Made by a program: the position numbers and the translations under genes. Below are positions 1 to 9,402 of a stretch of DNA of 50,025 nucleotides, piece after piece. Below the pieces are notes generated by a model that was not told the DNA's origin, searched no databases, and saw only the letters and a program-made list of their open reading frames with translations. The DNA comes from a virus (lineage: Duplodnaviria > Caudoviricetes): positions 1 to 50,025 of the IMG/VR virus record IMGVR_UViG_3300031716_000014, one strand, 5' to 3'. Every line of letters begins with the position of its first letter. Position 1 is the first letter of the stretch.

Positions 1-145
1 TGATGTCCCGCACCCGGAAGGGCTCGCTTCCGAAGGTCCGGTACACAGCGCTGACGAAGTCCCCCCATTCGCGATCATCATCGCTCTCGACCTTCTGAAC
101 GTCCTTGAAGCCGAACTGTCCTGAGACTCCAGCCCAGTTCAAGAG
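1..145. repeat. Terminal direct repeat / circular overlap, copy 1
   Basis: 1-145 matches 49881-50025 except one base (127 C vs 50007 A); falls inside a coding sequence, so probably assembly overlap of a circular 49,880-bp sequence. Confidence 0.95.
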
Positions 146-2395
146 CCCCTCTATCGCGGCATCCCACACCGCGTAGTCGTCCGAGCGCTTCAGCTCAGCA
201 CTCGGCGAGCCCGCGAGCACCCACCCCCGGATGATCGTCAGGATCGCCCGGATGATCTCCCCACGGTTCGCCTGAGGCCACGTCCGCAGATCGAGCGCGA
301 AGCCGGTCCGCTCATGCGGACGGGGCATCTTGGGATCGATCGTGATCCAGTAGCACCGGCGAGCGAGGTCGCCCCCGATCTCGGCGTTGTTCGCCGTGAT
401 CGTCCACAGCCGGTCATTGGGTCCCGAAGCCTCTCGGGACTGACCGAGAAGACGATCACTGAAGCTCGACGACGTCAAGAGACCCTCGAACTTGCTCGAC
501 CGGATCTTGCCCCGGACGTTGTCGAAGGTCACGACGGGTGCCGTCGTGCCGACCAGGATCGACAGAACCGACTTGCCGAACTCGGCATCATCGGACGGCC
601 ATCCGGTACGGATCACCCCACCGTGAACGGTGCGCAAGATCGACGCGAGATACGACTTCCCCGAGCCGGGGGAAGGTGCGTCGATCACGAACGCCGGATA
701 CGGAGGGGGCAGCATCGCGCGCATGAACGGCGTGAACAGAGCGCCGAACCAGTTCGCGCGGTGATGCTCTTCGACGAACGGGAACTCAGCGACGATCTCT
801 TTCAGGAAGCCGACCGCGCTCCCGATGTCCGTCCGCATGATCGGGCTCGGGAGTTCGGGCACGACAAGGCCACCGGTCGGCAGATACAGCAACCGGGTAG
901 CCGAGTCGTATCCGGGCTCAGAGATGATCGACCCATCCGGCCGCATGATCGGTGTGTGGGTCACACCGGCCAGAGTCCGGAGGTTCGGGACGTCGTCTCG
1001 CGTCCGAGCCGCGTTGTGAACGTGGTTGGCCACTTCGAGCGGAAGCATCTTCGGTTCCCAGCTCACGCGCTGAGACTCGATCTCTTCGCCGTCGTCATCG
1101 GTCGTGGTCACCGTGCGACGGCGACCGGCACCCGGCGACATGGCGATCTCGATCTTCGTCTTCAGGTCGAGCGGAAGCATGATCCGAACCTGAGCCGGGC
1201 CGTCGTCGCTGCCGTCCGGCGTCGGGATGTACCCGCGATCACCGATCCGGGGGCAGTACACGAGTTCGCCGTCACGGTGAAACAGGCCGGATAGTTCGTC
1301 GGCACCGATCAGAGACCGAAGAAGATCACCGGCCGTCTTCTTGTTCCGGACGTTGATCCGGCGTCGGCCGTCTCGACCGCGAGCGAGGTTCCCCCCGTCG
1401 TCGTCTTCCGGCTCGCCGTCGTCGAGGTCGTCAGGGTCGGCCGTGTCGTCTTCTGCCGGGGGCTCTTCGGGAAGGTCGTCTTCGCATCCCCTGAAGCCGT
1501 CCGGAGTGAGTTCCGCCATGACCGTCTGACCAGCTCCGATGATCCCGTCTCGCCACTCCTTCGACACGTCGCGGTCGCCCCCGATCGCCTCGAAGAAGAG
1601 CCGCTTCAGTTCCGCGAGCGCGGTCCGGCCGCCGGTGTGACCGGCTTCGCCGTACCTGATGATCGCGAGTTGAGCCTGAAGCGCCGAGTCGTGACGGGCT
1701 TCGCCGTCCGTGACGTGACGACGGAAGTCGTTGATCACGGCCGCCATGTGCGAGCACGGCTCACCCTTCGAGCACCACACCGCGAGCGCTCGATCAAGGT
1801 CGGTCTTCTCGACGGCCGCCTTCCCGTTGTTCGACTCGGCACCGGCGCGAAGCCGGTCGAGCCACCGTTCCGGAAGATCCGGGATGTTGTCGATATGCGG
1901 GATCATGCCGAGAGCGTCGCCGGTCTCCGAGTCGATCCACTGGTACAGACGGCCGGTCTTGTCGTGCGTCGAAGGCCAGACCAGCGCGTACCGGTGATGC
2001 GCCTGAACGATCTCGATCCCCGGAAGCTTCGTGATGAACTCGACGCCTTCGGGCACGCGGAAGACCCGGATGCCGGACACACCGTCATCACGTGATGTGG
2101 AGATCACCGTTCGCGGAAGATCGCCGCACTCGCCGATCAAGGCCGCGAAGGTCGCCGCCCCCGGCTTGCCGTCGTACGCGTCAACGTCGATCCCGATCAA
2201 CCCGCCACAAAGCCGGGTCGCGATGTTCGCGTTCGGCTGGTCGGCCGCCTCGGTCTCGATCTCTTCGAGGCTCGCGTTCCTGCCGTTGCGACCGGTCCGG
2301 CCGGACGGTGGCGGGAACTTCTCGCCGTCCGGCAACGGGAAGATCGGCCACCCCATGCGCCGGTACGTAGCCGCGTAGTCGCCGTAACCGCTCAT
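1..2395 (-). CDS. Bifunctional DNA primase/polymerase (Prim-Pol) fused to P-loop helicase-like domain; continues across the junction to 49594 (~893 aa)
   Basis: Not in the ORF track because it runs off the edge. Hand translation gives MSGYGDYAATYRRMGWPIFPLPDGEKFPPPSG...NIATRL...GIDVDAYDGK...HHRYALVWPSTH (Prim-Pol), Walker A APSPGSGKS and VVTFDNV. In frame with ORF 49594..50022. Confidence 0.85.
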   Translation of the reverse strand, partial: MSGYGDYAATYRRMGWPIFPLPDGEKFPPPSGRTGRNGRNASLEEIETEAADQPNANIATRLCGGLIGIDVDAYDGKPGAATFAALIGECGDLPRTVISTSRDDGVSGIRVFRVPEGVEFITKLPGIEIVQAHHRYALVWPSTHDKTGRLYQWIDSETGDALGMIPHIDNIPDLPERWLDRLRAGAESNNGKAAVEKTDLDRALAVWCSKGEPCSHMAAVINDFRRHVTDGEARHDSALQAQLAIIRYGEAGHTGGRTALAELKRLFFEAIGGDRDVSKEWRDGIIGAGQTVMAELTPDGFRGCEDDLPEEPPAEDDTADPDDLDDGEPEDDDGGNLARGRDGRRRINVRNKKTAGDLLRSLIGADELSGLFHRDGELVYCPRIGDRGYIPTPDGSDDGPAQVRIMLPLDLKTKIEIAMSPGAGRRRTVTTTDDDGEEIESQRVSWEPKMLPLEVANHVHNAARTRDDVPNLRTLAGVTHTPIMRPDGSIISEPGYDSATRLLYLPTGGLVVPELPSPIMRTDIGSAVGFLKEIVAEFPFVEEHHRANWFGALFTPFMRAMLPPPYPAFVIDAPSPGSGKSYLASILRTVHGGVIRTGWPSDDAEFGKSVLSILVGTTAPVVTFDNVRGKIRSSKFEGLLTSSSFSDRLLGQSREASGPNDRLWTITANNAEIGGDLARRCYWITIDPKMPRPHERTGFALDLRTWPQANRGEIIRAILTIIRGWVLAGSPSAELKRSDDYAVWDAAIEGLLNWAGVSGQFGFKDVQKVESDDDREWGDFVSAVYRTFGSEPFRVRDI

Positions 2396-2619
2396 GCCGC
2401 GACCCCCTCGAAAAGATCAGCCGTCGTGATCCCGAGCGCCGTCACGATCTCGTGAAGGTTCTCGGCACTCGGCAGGCACCGGCCTTGCTCGTACAGCCTG
2501 ATCGCGTAGACCGACGATTCGATCTTCTCGGACAGCTCGACCTGAGTCAGCGCGCATCGGATGCGCGCGGCCTTCAGGTTCCGGCCGAACGTACGCTTCT
2601 CTGTCTTGCTCATGGCCAT
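2392..2619 (-). CDS. XRE/Cro-like helix-turn-helix regulator
   Basis: LKAARIRCALTQVELSEKIESSVYAIRLYEQGRCLP is a typical HTH_3 pattern; ATGA overlap with the prim-pol gene. Confidence 0.85.
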   Translation of the reverse strand: MAMSKTEKRTFGRNLKAARIRCALTQVELSEKIESSVYAIRLYEQGRCLPSAENLHEIVTALGITTADLFEGVAA

Positions 2620-2684
2620 GAGGCTTACCCCCTCTCAGTGAGTGTCATGGACTCTACGCTCATACTGCCGTACTCAGCTAGCGA

Positions 2685-2713
2685 TTGACAAGCCGTCACG
2701 CTCGCCGGAGAAT
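2685..2713 (+). promoter_or_regulatory. Promoter with TTGAC-N5-GTCAC operator
   Basis: TTGACA-17bp-GAGAAT; ttgac aagcc gtcac. Confidence 0.7.
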
Positions 2714-2747
2714 GGAGACCTGACCAGCCCAAAGGGAGATGAGAGGA

Positions 2748-2990
2748 ATGATCAACGGAAGCCGACGACCGGGGGGTCTGTGCGAGAACGCCGAGATCGA
2801 GTACGGCGACGCTCCGAACCGGCACTTCCCGAACCGCCGGGAGATCAAGCGCCTTCTGTGGTGTGACAACGTCGCTGAGTACAAGGTGACCGGCCGCAAC
2901 ATCAAGCGATCTTCGTTCTACTGCGGTGCCTGTACCGAGAAGATCGACCCTGACGTGATGCTGATCGAGAAGATCGATAAGGAGGGATGA
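2748..2990 (+). CDS. Hypothetical Cys-containing protein
   Basis: RBS gagagga before ATG; CGAC motif. Confidence 0.6.
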   Translation: MINGSRRPGGLCENAEIEYGDAPNRHFPNRREIKRLLWCDNVAEYKVTGRNIKRSSFYCGACTEKIDPDVMLIEKIDKEG

Positions 2991-2993
2991 TCA

Positions 2994-3275
2994 ATGTCAA
3001 GCCGCAAGCTTCCGGCCGGTGCCAGGGTCTACGAGAACGACCGCTTCAAGATCCCGGACGGCTGGACCACCGACGACGAAGGCCGGACCTTCGTCAAGAA
3101 CTCGGGTGAGTTCACGATGACCGCGACCCGTGGCGCGACGTACGACGACTGGTCTTTCAAGGTCGAGAACGCCGGGGTCTTCGGAGACCGGCCGATCGAG
3201 GGGATCGCGTCGTCACGGCTCGCCGTCATGCGGAAGGCCGAACTCGCTGTGTGGGGAGTGACCCGCCGTGCCTGA
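2994..3275 (+). CDS. Hypothetical protein
   Basis: RBS ggaggg, operon packing. Confidence 0.65.
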   Translation: MSSRKLPAGARVYENDRFKIPDGWTTDDEGRTFVKNSGEFTMTATRGATYDDWSFKVENAGVFGDRPIEGIASSRLAVMRKAELAVWGVTRRA

Positions 3276-3507
3276 CGTCAGCCCGAAGCCGAAGTTCCGA
3301 GCCTCGAAGTACACGATCGCGATCGAGTTCGCCGAGTCCGCACTGACCTGGTTCAGCGCGGTTCGGTTCCTCGCGGGTGATCTTCTGGTTGCGATCATGG
3401 CCTTCGTCGGTGTCCTGATCGTCGGTGGACTGGTCATGTCCGCCATGGCGGCCGACTACGCGAAGTATCGAGCTGGACTCGAAGAGAAGGGACCGGCCGG
3501 TGAGTGA
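3268..3507 (+). CDS. Small membrane protein
   Basis: Hydrophobic segment; overlaps both neighbours. Confidence 0.55.
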   Translation: MPDVSPKPKFRASKYTIAIEFAESALTWFSAVRFLAGDLLVAIMAFVGVLIVGGLVMSAMAADYAKYRAGLEEKGPAGE

Positions 3508-5140
3508 GCTTCTCAACCTCAGGAAGTACCAGGAAGACGCGCTGATCTCCGTCGCCGGTGAGTGGGCGAAGGGGATCAAGCGCACGGCGATCGTGCTCGC
3601 CACCGGCACCGGCAAGACCGTGATCTTCTCGCACGCCGCGAAGATGCATCTCAGCATGAACACCGGCGACGCGGTCTTGATCCTGGTTCACCGTGACGAG
3701 TTGGTCGATCAAGCCGTCTCGAAGCTTCGGGACGTCGCGACCGGCTTCAAGATCGGGGTCGTGAAGGGCAACCGGAACGACGTGAACGCCGACGTGATCG
3801 TTGGGTCTGTCCAGACCCTTCGCCGCGCGAACCGGCTCGACCAGCTTCGGCCGATCGGACTCGTGATCGTTGACGAGTGCCACCATGCCGCCGCGAAGTC
3901 GTACGTCGAGATCATGACCGCGCTCGGGTGCTTCGACCTCGACCGGCCGACGTTGGCACTCGGGGTCACGGCCACGCTGAGCCGGAACGACGGGAAGGCT
4001 CTCGGCAACGTCTGGGAGTCCGTAGCGGGCAAGCCGTACGACATTCTCGACGGCATCGCGGACGGGTATCTCTGCGACGTGTCCGGCCGCCTGGTGACCG
4101 TCGAGGGTCTCTCGCTCGGGGACGTCGCCATGCGTGGCGGAGACTTTGGGGACGGTTCCCTCTCGGACGCCTTGACCACGGCCGACGCACGCCGGTTCGT
4201 CGTCAGCGCGTACGGCGAGCACGCTCGCGACCTTCCGGGGATCGTGTTCGTCCCGAGCGTCAAGAGCGCCTTCGACTTCACCGAAGCGTTCGCCGACGCC
4301 GGGTACGACGTCGCGGCCGTGTGGGGTGCGATGGACCCCGGCGACCGGAAGCGCGTGCTCGCCGACTACCGGGACGGCAAGGTTCAGATCTTGGTCAACT
4401 GTCAGGTCTTGACGGAAGGCTTCGACGCGCCACGGGCACAGTGCGCCGTGATCGCCCGTCCGACCACATCGGCCGCCCTGTACGTGCAAATGGTCGGCCG
4501 CGTGCTTCGGCCGTTCCCCGGTAAAGATCGCGCTCTCGTGTTGGACGTCGTCGGCGCGAGCGAAGATCACCGGCTCGCGACGATCGTCGATCTCACCACG
4601 CGGCGAATCGAAGAGATCAAGGAAGGCGAGTCGCTTCGGGAAGCCGTCGAGCGCGAGCGCAAGCGGAAGAACCCGAAGTTCACGAACTACGTGCTCGACG
4701 TCGAAGAGTTCGACCTGTTCCACCGGTCGCGCGCCGCGTGGCTTCAGACGTACGGGGGTGTCTGGTTCCTGCCGGTCATGAACGCGGCCGTGTTCATCTG
4801 GCCTGGTTCCGACGACCGGTACCGCGTCGGCATCCGGCCGACCGGCCGACCCGGCGGACGCTTCCTCAGGGAAGATCTCGGTCTCGACGCTGCCCTGAGT
4901 TGGGGTGAGCAGACGGCCGACCAGTACGCGACGGCATTCGTCGAGAGCTACCCCGGCGAACGGAAGGACTTCGACCGGTCGAGCCGTGCGTCATGGCGAC
5001 GTCAGCCCGCGACCGGTGCCCAGATCAGGGAAGCGAACCGGATCGGGCTCAGGCTCGATCCCGACACGCCGTACTCGCGCGGTGACCTGTCCGACCGGAT
5101 CAACGTCCACAAGATCAGCCCGCTACTCGATAGGAAGTGA
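3500..5140 (+). CDS. SF2 DEAD/DEAH-box helicase
   Basis: LRKYQ, ATGTGKT, VDECHH, VTATL, LTEGFD, QMVGRVLR motifs; GTG start at 3500. Confidence 0.93.
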   Translation: MSELLNLRKYQEDALISVAGEWAKGIKRTAIVLATGTGKTVIFSHAAKMHLSMNTGDAVLILVHRDELVDQAVSKLRDVATGFKIGVVKGNRNDVNADVIVGSVQTLRRANRLDQLRPIGLVIVDECHHAAAKSYVEIMTALGCFDLDRPTLALGVTATLSRNDGKALGNVWESVAGKPYDILDGIADGYLCDVSGRLVTVEGLSLGDVAMRGGDFGDGSLSDALTTADARRFVVSAYGEHARDLPGIVFVPSVKSAFDFTEAFADAGYDVAAVWGAMDPGDRKRVLADYRDGKVQILVNCQVLTEGFDAPRAQCAVIARPTTSAALYVQMVGRVLRPFPGKDRALVLDVVGASEDHRLATIVDLTTRRIEEIKEGESLREAVERERKRKNPKFTNYVLDVEEFDLFHRSRAAWLQTYGGVWFLPVMNAAVFIWPGSDDRYRVGIRPTGRPGGRFLREDLGLDAALSWGEQTADQYATAFVESYPGERKDFDRSSRASWRRQPATGAQIREANRIGLRLDPDTPYSRGDLSDRINVHKISPLLDRK

Positions 5141-5145
5141 TCAAG

Positions 5146-5325
5146 ATGGCTGACAAGCTGTTCAGCGCCGACGACCTCGACGACAACGGGTACGGCCCGA
5201 TCGTCGAAGCCGGGTTCGAGTCCGAATGCGCCGGGGACTGGGAAACGTGCGACGGGACGATCTACCCCGGCGACCAGATCAGGGGCAAGGGTGGCGAGTG
5301 GTTCCACGTCGGGTGCATCGCGTGA
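5146..5325 (+). CDS. Small Cys/His (Zn-binding-like) protein
   Basis: C...CDGTIYPGDQI...WFHVGC. Confidence 0.55.
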   Translation: MADKLFSADDLDDNGYGPIVEAGFESECAGDWETCDGTIYPGDQIRGKGGEWFHVGCIA

Positions 5326-6233
5326 GCCTGTTCGACACCGACGAAGCCGAGACCGACGCCGTTCCGTGGAATCCCTTCGGGGAAGAGTTCGCGGAACCGG
5401 CGTCGGCCGGTCACCCGGACGGCAAGCGTCGGCCGCACTTCAATAAGCACAACGGCCGGTACGACGATCTTCCGCCGGTGCCGGGGTACGAGAAGGTCAA
5501 GAGCTGGACTCGGGTCACGACCCTGAAGAGCACGCTCGAAGATCAGGCGTTGCTCGACGCGTGGAAGCGCCGTCAGGTCTTGCTCGGGATCAAGAAAGAC
5601 ACTCGGCTTCTCGGCGAGATCGGTCCCCAGCTCGACCCCTCGACCCGCTTCGGTCGTAACAAGCTGAATTCGCTCTGTGAGCGAGCCATGGAAGCCGCCG
5701 GGTCTCACGACGGCCGCGAGAAGGGAACAGATCTTCACACCCTGATCGAGGGTGATCATCAGACCTCGCTCGACCTCGACTCGCTCGACGACGAATACCG
5801 AGCCTGGTTCACGGAGTACCGCCGGGTGATCAACGACGGCGACGTCAAGATCTTGCCTGAGTTCGTAGAACGGACGGTCGTGATCCCCGAGATCGGCTGT
5901 GCGGGAACGCTCGACATGATCGTCAGCCATCGCGGCAAGCTCAGGATCGGGGACCTGAAGTCTCAGAAGACTTTGATCTTCGGTCAGATGGCGCTGTGCA
6001 TTCAGCTAGCTTGCTACTCGCGAGCGTCGTACATGCTTGACGAGAAGTCATGGACCTGGAAGACTATGCCTCAGGTCGAGCAAGACTTGGGGGTGATCAT
6101 CTGGGTTCCGGCGATCGAGCCGGAACAGGCTGGACTCAAGAAAGTAGATCTTGAATTCGGCTGGCACATGGCTCTCAAGAGCCGCGAGGTCCGGAAGGAC
6201 CGGACTCGCAAGGGGATCGTCACTGACTGGTGA
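5322..6233 (+). CDS. PD-(D/E)XK exonuclease (Cas4/RecB-like phage recombination nuclease)
   Basis: RVTT, GTDLH, E...AGTLD...IGDLKS...QLACY motifs. Confidence 0.85.
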   Translation: MSLFDTDEAETDAVPWNPFGEEFAEPASAGHPDGKRRPHFNKHNGRYDDLPPVPGYEKVKSWTRVTTLKSTLEDQALLDAWKRRQVLLGIKKDTRLLGEIGPQLDPSTRFGRNKLNSLCERAMEAAGSHDGREKGTDLHTLIEGDHQTSLDLDSLDDEYRAWFTEYRRVINDGDVKILPEFVERTVVIPEIGCAGTLDMIVSHRGKLRIGDLKSQKTLIFGQMALCIQLACYSRASYMLDEKSWTWKTMPQVEQDLGVIIWVPAIEPEQAGLKKVDLEFGWHMALKSREVRKDRTRKGIVTDW

Positions 6234-6269
6234 CATCCAGAAATCGAAACGATCTTAGGAGTACACGAA

Positions 6270-6857
6270 ATGACTCGTCAGAACCCGGACGCCAATGATC
6301 TTCTGTTCGGCAACGCGATTCCCGCCGTCGCCTTCGACAAGGGGACCGTCGTCCGGTTCCGCGTCGTCGATCAGTCCTCGATCCACCGGCGCGAGGTCAA
6401 GTACAACGCGGACACCAACCGGTACGAACAGGGCGACTTCCTGTACTGGGACGGTAAGAAGCCCGTCACCTACGAGACCGACCGGAAGGTTCTCGACCCG
6501 GTGATCACGGTTCAGACGACCTTCCTCAAGTGGGAAGCCGTCAGCGACCAGACGAAGAAGGTCGGTGCCGACGACGGCATGCGCCGGATCGTGATCAAGG
6601 GCCGGAAGGCCGAAGGCTCGATCATGGACGCGGTCCGGAAGGCGTGCGAGGTCGCCGGGGTCCGCAAGATCGCTGCCGGGCAGTACGGCGAGATCTCATG
6701 CACCGGCGAAGGCAAGGCTCTTCGGAAGGGCATGAACGCGCCGAAGCTGTACGCGGCCGTGTGGCATCTCGAAGCCCCCGAGTGGGCCGACCAGGTCCCG
6801 AGCGGTGACGCGAGCACCGGCGACGACACGGACGACGACGACTCGCCGTTCAACTAG
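6270..6857 (+). CDS. Putative single-stranded DNA-binding protein
   Basis: Follows the exonuclease; PKLYAA motif and acidic C-terminal tail DDTDDDDSPFN. Confidence 0.6.
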   Translation: MTRQNPDANDLLFGNAIPAVAFDKGTVVRFRVVDQSSIHRREVKYNADTNRYEQGDFLYWDGKKPVTYETDRKVLDPVITVQTTFLKWEAVSDQTKKVGADDGMRRIVIKGRKAEGSIMDAVRKACEVAGVRKIAAGQYGEISCTGEGKALRKGMNAPKLYAAVWHLEAPEWADQVPSGDASTGDDTDDDDSPFN

Positions 6858-6867
6858 ATGATCACCT

Positions 6868-6916
6868 GAAAGAGCCCCTGATCTCTGGCTTCGGCCGGAC
6901 GGTCAGGGGCTCTTTC
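6868..6916 (+). terminator. Intrinsic terminator
   Basis: gaaagagcccctga...tcaggggctctttc hairpin followed by T-rich tail. Confidence 0.75.
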
Positions 6917-6938
6917 TGTTGTGACAGGAGGTACCAGG

Positions 6939-7676
6939 ATGGGGAAGCACGGTGACCCCAACCGGCACGACACGAATCCGCTTCACGGGCTCTTCAGGAA
7001 GTTCGAGCCGGGTCACACCGGCTTCGAGCCAGACGAACCCGAGCCGGACCGCGTCGAGCGAGATCCCGACCAGCTCGAAGCCTTCGAGCCGATCACCTCG
7101 ACCTCGACCGGCGAGACCGAAGTGATCCGCTACGGCCGGTCGCCCGCGTATCCGGCGTTCGAGTCCGACCCCGAGCCGTACCCGAGCGGGCCGGACGACG
7201 TCGAGCCCCCGCCGGATGTGAACCTAGCCGATTACGAGATAGCCAGGAACCGAGCGCCTCGACGGTGGCCCATCTTCCTAGGGCTCTCAGTAGCCCTGTG
7301 CGCCGTCGTGCTCGCCGTTTGGGCCGGACGTACCAGCGCGCCGATAGAGACCGTCAGCGACCCGCACAGCGCCGGGAAGACGGTATTCGTGACCCTCCCC
7401 CCGAGTCCGGCACCGAAGGGCAAGACCCCGAAGGCGAAGCCGGGTCCGACCGTCACGAAGACGATCAGCACGACCGAGCGACCGGCACCGAAGGTGATCA
7501 CGTCGTACGTGCCGGGACCCCGGACGACGGTCCGGATCACGCCGAAGCCGAAGGTCTCGATCAAGGTGTCTCGGGTGCCGGTGCCGGGTCCGACGAAGAC
7601 CGTCGAGTGTGTGATCACGATCACCGTGAACCGGAACGGGGTCCAGCTCAACCGGGAGACGTCCGGAGTCTGTTAG
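6939..7676 (+). CDS. Single-pass membrane protein with Pro/Thr-rich C-terminal region
   Basis: Acidic/Pro N-terminus, TM WPIFLGLSVALCAVVLAVWAG, repeated PGPTVTKT-like stretches. Confidence 0.7.
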   Translation: MGKHGDPNRHDTNPLHGLFRKFEPGHTGFEPDEPEPDRVERDPDQLEAFEPITSTSTGETEVIRYGRSPAYPAFESDPEPYPSGPDDVEPPPDVNLADYEIARNRAPRRWPIFLGLSVALCAVVLAVWAGRTSAPIETVSDPHSAGKTVFVTLPPSPAPKGKTPKAKPGPTVTKTISTTERPAPKVITSYVPGPRTTVRITPKPKVSIKVSRVPVPGPTKTVECVITITVNRNGVQLNRETSGVC

Positions 7677-7679
7677 GGC

Positions 7680-7708
7680 TTGACACGTGGTCACCCTAGA
7701 GAGACTAT
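7680..7708 (+). promoter_or_regulatory. Promoter with TTGAC-N5-GTCAC operator
   Basis: TTGACA-17bp-GACTAT; ttgac acgtg gtcac. Confidence 0.75.
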
Positions 7709-7889
7709 GAATCCAGGCAAGTACAACAGAACAGCGGACGGGAACCTGATCACCTTGGGTCCGGAGAACGACCCGGCTTCCAGCCGGACGGATGGACCGG
7801 ATTCGACCTGAGGGGGCTTCACCGGAAACCACCGGCCGTAGCCGGTGATCAGGTCCCGTACCGCGAACCTCACCTCAGGAGGAAAGATC

Positions 7890-8426
7890 ATGACCTTCCA
7901 CAACCTTCCGATGACCGGCTCTGGCGTGACCGACTGTGCCGGGGGATGCGGCGAGCACGTCATGACCAGCGACCTCAGCAAGCCCGCGTTCTGCGGTGAC
8001 GGCGAGTGCGTCGCCGACGACCTCGACGACGACACGGCCGCCCCCGAGCACTCCGGTAACCGGGTGTGGACGGTTCGCGCCGGTACGGACGGAATCGGTC
8101 TCGACCTGTTCCACGTGTACGCGCCGGATATGGACGCTGCCCGCGAGAGCGCTCGGGAAGCCGGGAAGGCCGCCGGGTTCGTCTTCGGCGACAACTTCAC
8201 CGTTCACGCGCACCGTGACGGCGAGCCGCTCGACTGGTTCGTGAAGCTCGGGAACAACATCGTGACCGACCGTCCGGCGATCGACTTCCCCGCGTGGACT
8301 CAGGAAGAGATCATGAACGCGGCGGCCGACCTGATCGCGCTCGCGCTGATCGAGATGATCCTTGACGAGATCGGCAAGCTCGACGTCGAGCCGCTCGAAG
8401 GCGACGGGTTCTCGCCGTACATGTGA
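7890..8426 (+). CDS. Hypothetical protein with N-terminal Cys cluster
   Basis: RBS aggagga; strongly biased codon usage. Confidence 0.7.
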   Translation: MTFHNLPMTGSGVTDCAGGCGEHVMTSDLSKPAFCGDGECVADDLDDDTAAPEHSGNRVWTVRAGTDGIGLDLFHVYAPDMDAARESAREAGKAAGFVFGDNFTVHAHRDGEPLDWFVKLGNNIVTDRPAIDFPAWTQEEIMNAAADLIALALIEMILDEIGKLDVEPLEGDGFSPYM

Positions 8427-8437
8427 TCAAGGAACGA

Positions 8438-8477
8438 CGAAGCCCCCGGATCGGGATCATTCCCGCCGGGGGCTTCG
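8438..8477 (+). terminator. Intrinsic terminator
   Basis: cgaagcccccgg...ccgggggcttcg. Confidence 0.65.
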
Positions 8478-8669
8478 CTGTGTTCGCGATCTACCCCGTT
8501 CGCCTGATCATGGTCCGGCCGTCGCGCGACCTAACCGGAAATCGATCATATGGCGTTCTCTGCCGTGATCATTCGGCCGGTGATCCAACACGTCTCGGAA
8601 GACGGTCGAGGTCTCCCGAGCGTCGCTCGCGGTTCAGGCGAGCCGAGACCTGAATCATACGATGCCCGC

Positions 8670-9011
8670 ATGAGCGAGTCACAACAGGACGCGTACGACC
8701 GTGGCGAGATCGCGGGGGCGATCAACGCGCGACTAGCCGATCATGACAAGCACTTCGCCGCGATCAACGGCCACCTTGCCGATATCGCTCGCGAACTCGG
8801 GATCATGAGTCTCGCGATTCAGCGACTCGGGGATCAAGCCGTCTCGCGCGACGCGACCGTGATCACGACGGCCGCCGCACTGAAGGATGCCGACGAAGCC
8901 CGCCGGAACCAGAGCGAACGATCATGGTCCCCCTGGTCGAAGATCTTCGCTGTGCTCGCCGGAATCGCGACCGTGATCGGGATCATCCTCGCTATCCGTG
9001 GTTGGTCATGA
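8670..9011 (+). CDS. Coiled-coil protein with C-terminal TM helix; probably leaderless
   Basis: TACGAT -10 box 6 nt before ATG; C-terminal hydrophobic helix. Confidence 0.6.
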   Translation: MSESQQDAYDRGEIAGAINARLADHDKHFAAINGHLADIARELGIMSLAIQRLGDQAVSRDATVITTAAALKDADEARRNQSERSWSPWSKIFAVLAGIATVIGIILAIRGWS

Positions 9012-9035
9012 CCGCTAGTCACGGAGAGTGAAATA

Positions 9036-9232
9036 GCCCTGTACGGCCCTGAGAGCCATTCTGAGCGCCTCGACCCCTTCCCCGGTACGCCCTATCCGGC
9101 AACTTCTGTGCGTCGTTTTGCCTGGTCAAGTGGGGTGCGAGAGCGGCCGTCGTGATCGCGATCCGCCGGGGGTCGGCCGACCGGCTCGGGTCCGGGGTCG
9201 CTGAGCGTCATCAAAAATTCAGCGGAATACAT
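9036..9232 (+). repeat. Dispersed intergenic repeat, copy A
   Basis: ccctgtacggccctgagagcca..ctgagcgcctcgacccc...ggtac..ctatccgg...cgtcgttt..ctggtca...tacatg. Confidence 0.85.
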
Positions 9233-9244
9233 GCCGGAAGCCGC

Positions 9245-9273
9245 TTGACACGGGGTCACCCTCATGAAACTAT
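9245..9273 (+). promoter_or_regulatory. Promoter with TTGAC-N5-GTCAC operator
   Basis: TTGACA-17bp-AACTAT. Confidence 0.75.
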
Positions 9274-9402
9274 CTGAGTACAAGAGCAGAACGGAACGGA
9301 CCGAAGGCCACACGGCACGCGGGGACCGACCGGGGGGAAGTCCCTCCCTATGTGAGTGAAAAGGGACCCGCGCTAGCGGCAAACTCAAGAGGAGAAAAGA
9401 TC

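Noticed and set aside
1-145. Terminal repeat as a biological direct terminal repeat
   Set aside because: It splits the prim-pol gene and a cos-like region exists near 42.2 kb; assembly overlap is more likely. The single mismatch (Val vs Phe codon) may be an end-of-contig error
314-2378. Plus-strand ORFs 314..1294, 1637..2095 and neighbours
   Set aside because: Antisense shadows of the minus-strand prim-pol gene
9281-9400. Hammerhead ribozyme in the DUF932 leader
   Set aside because: GAAA is present but the CUGANGA core is not
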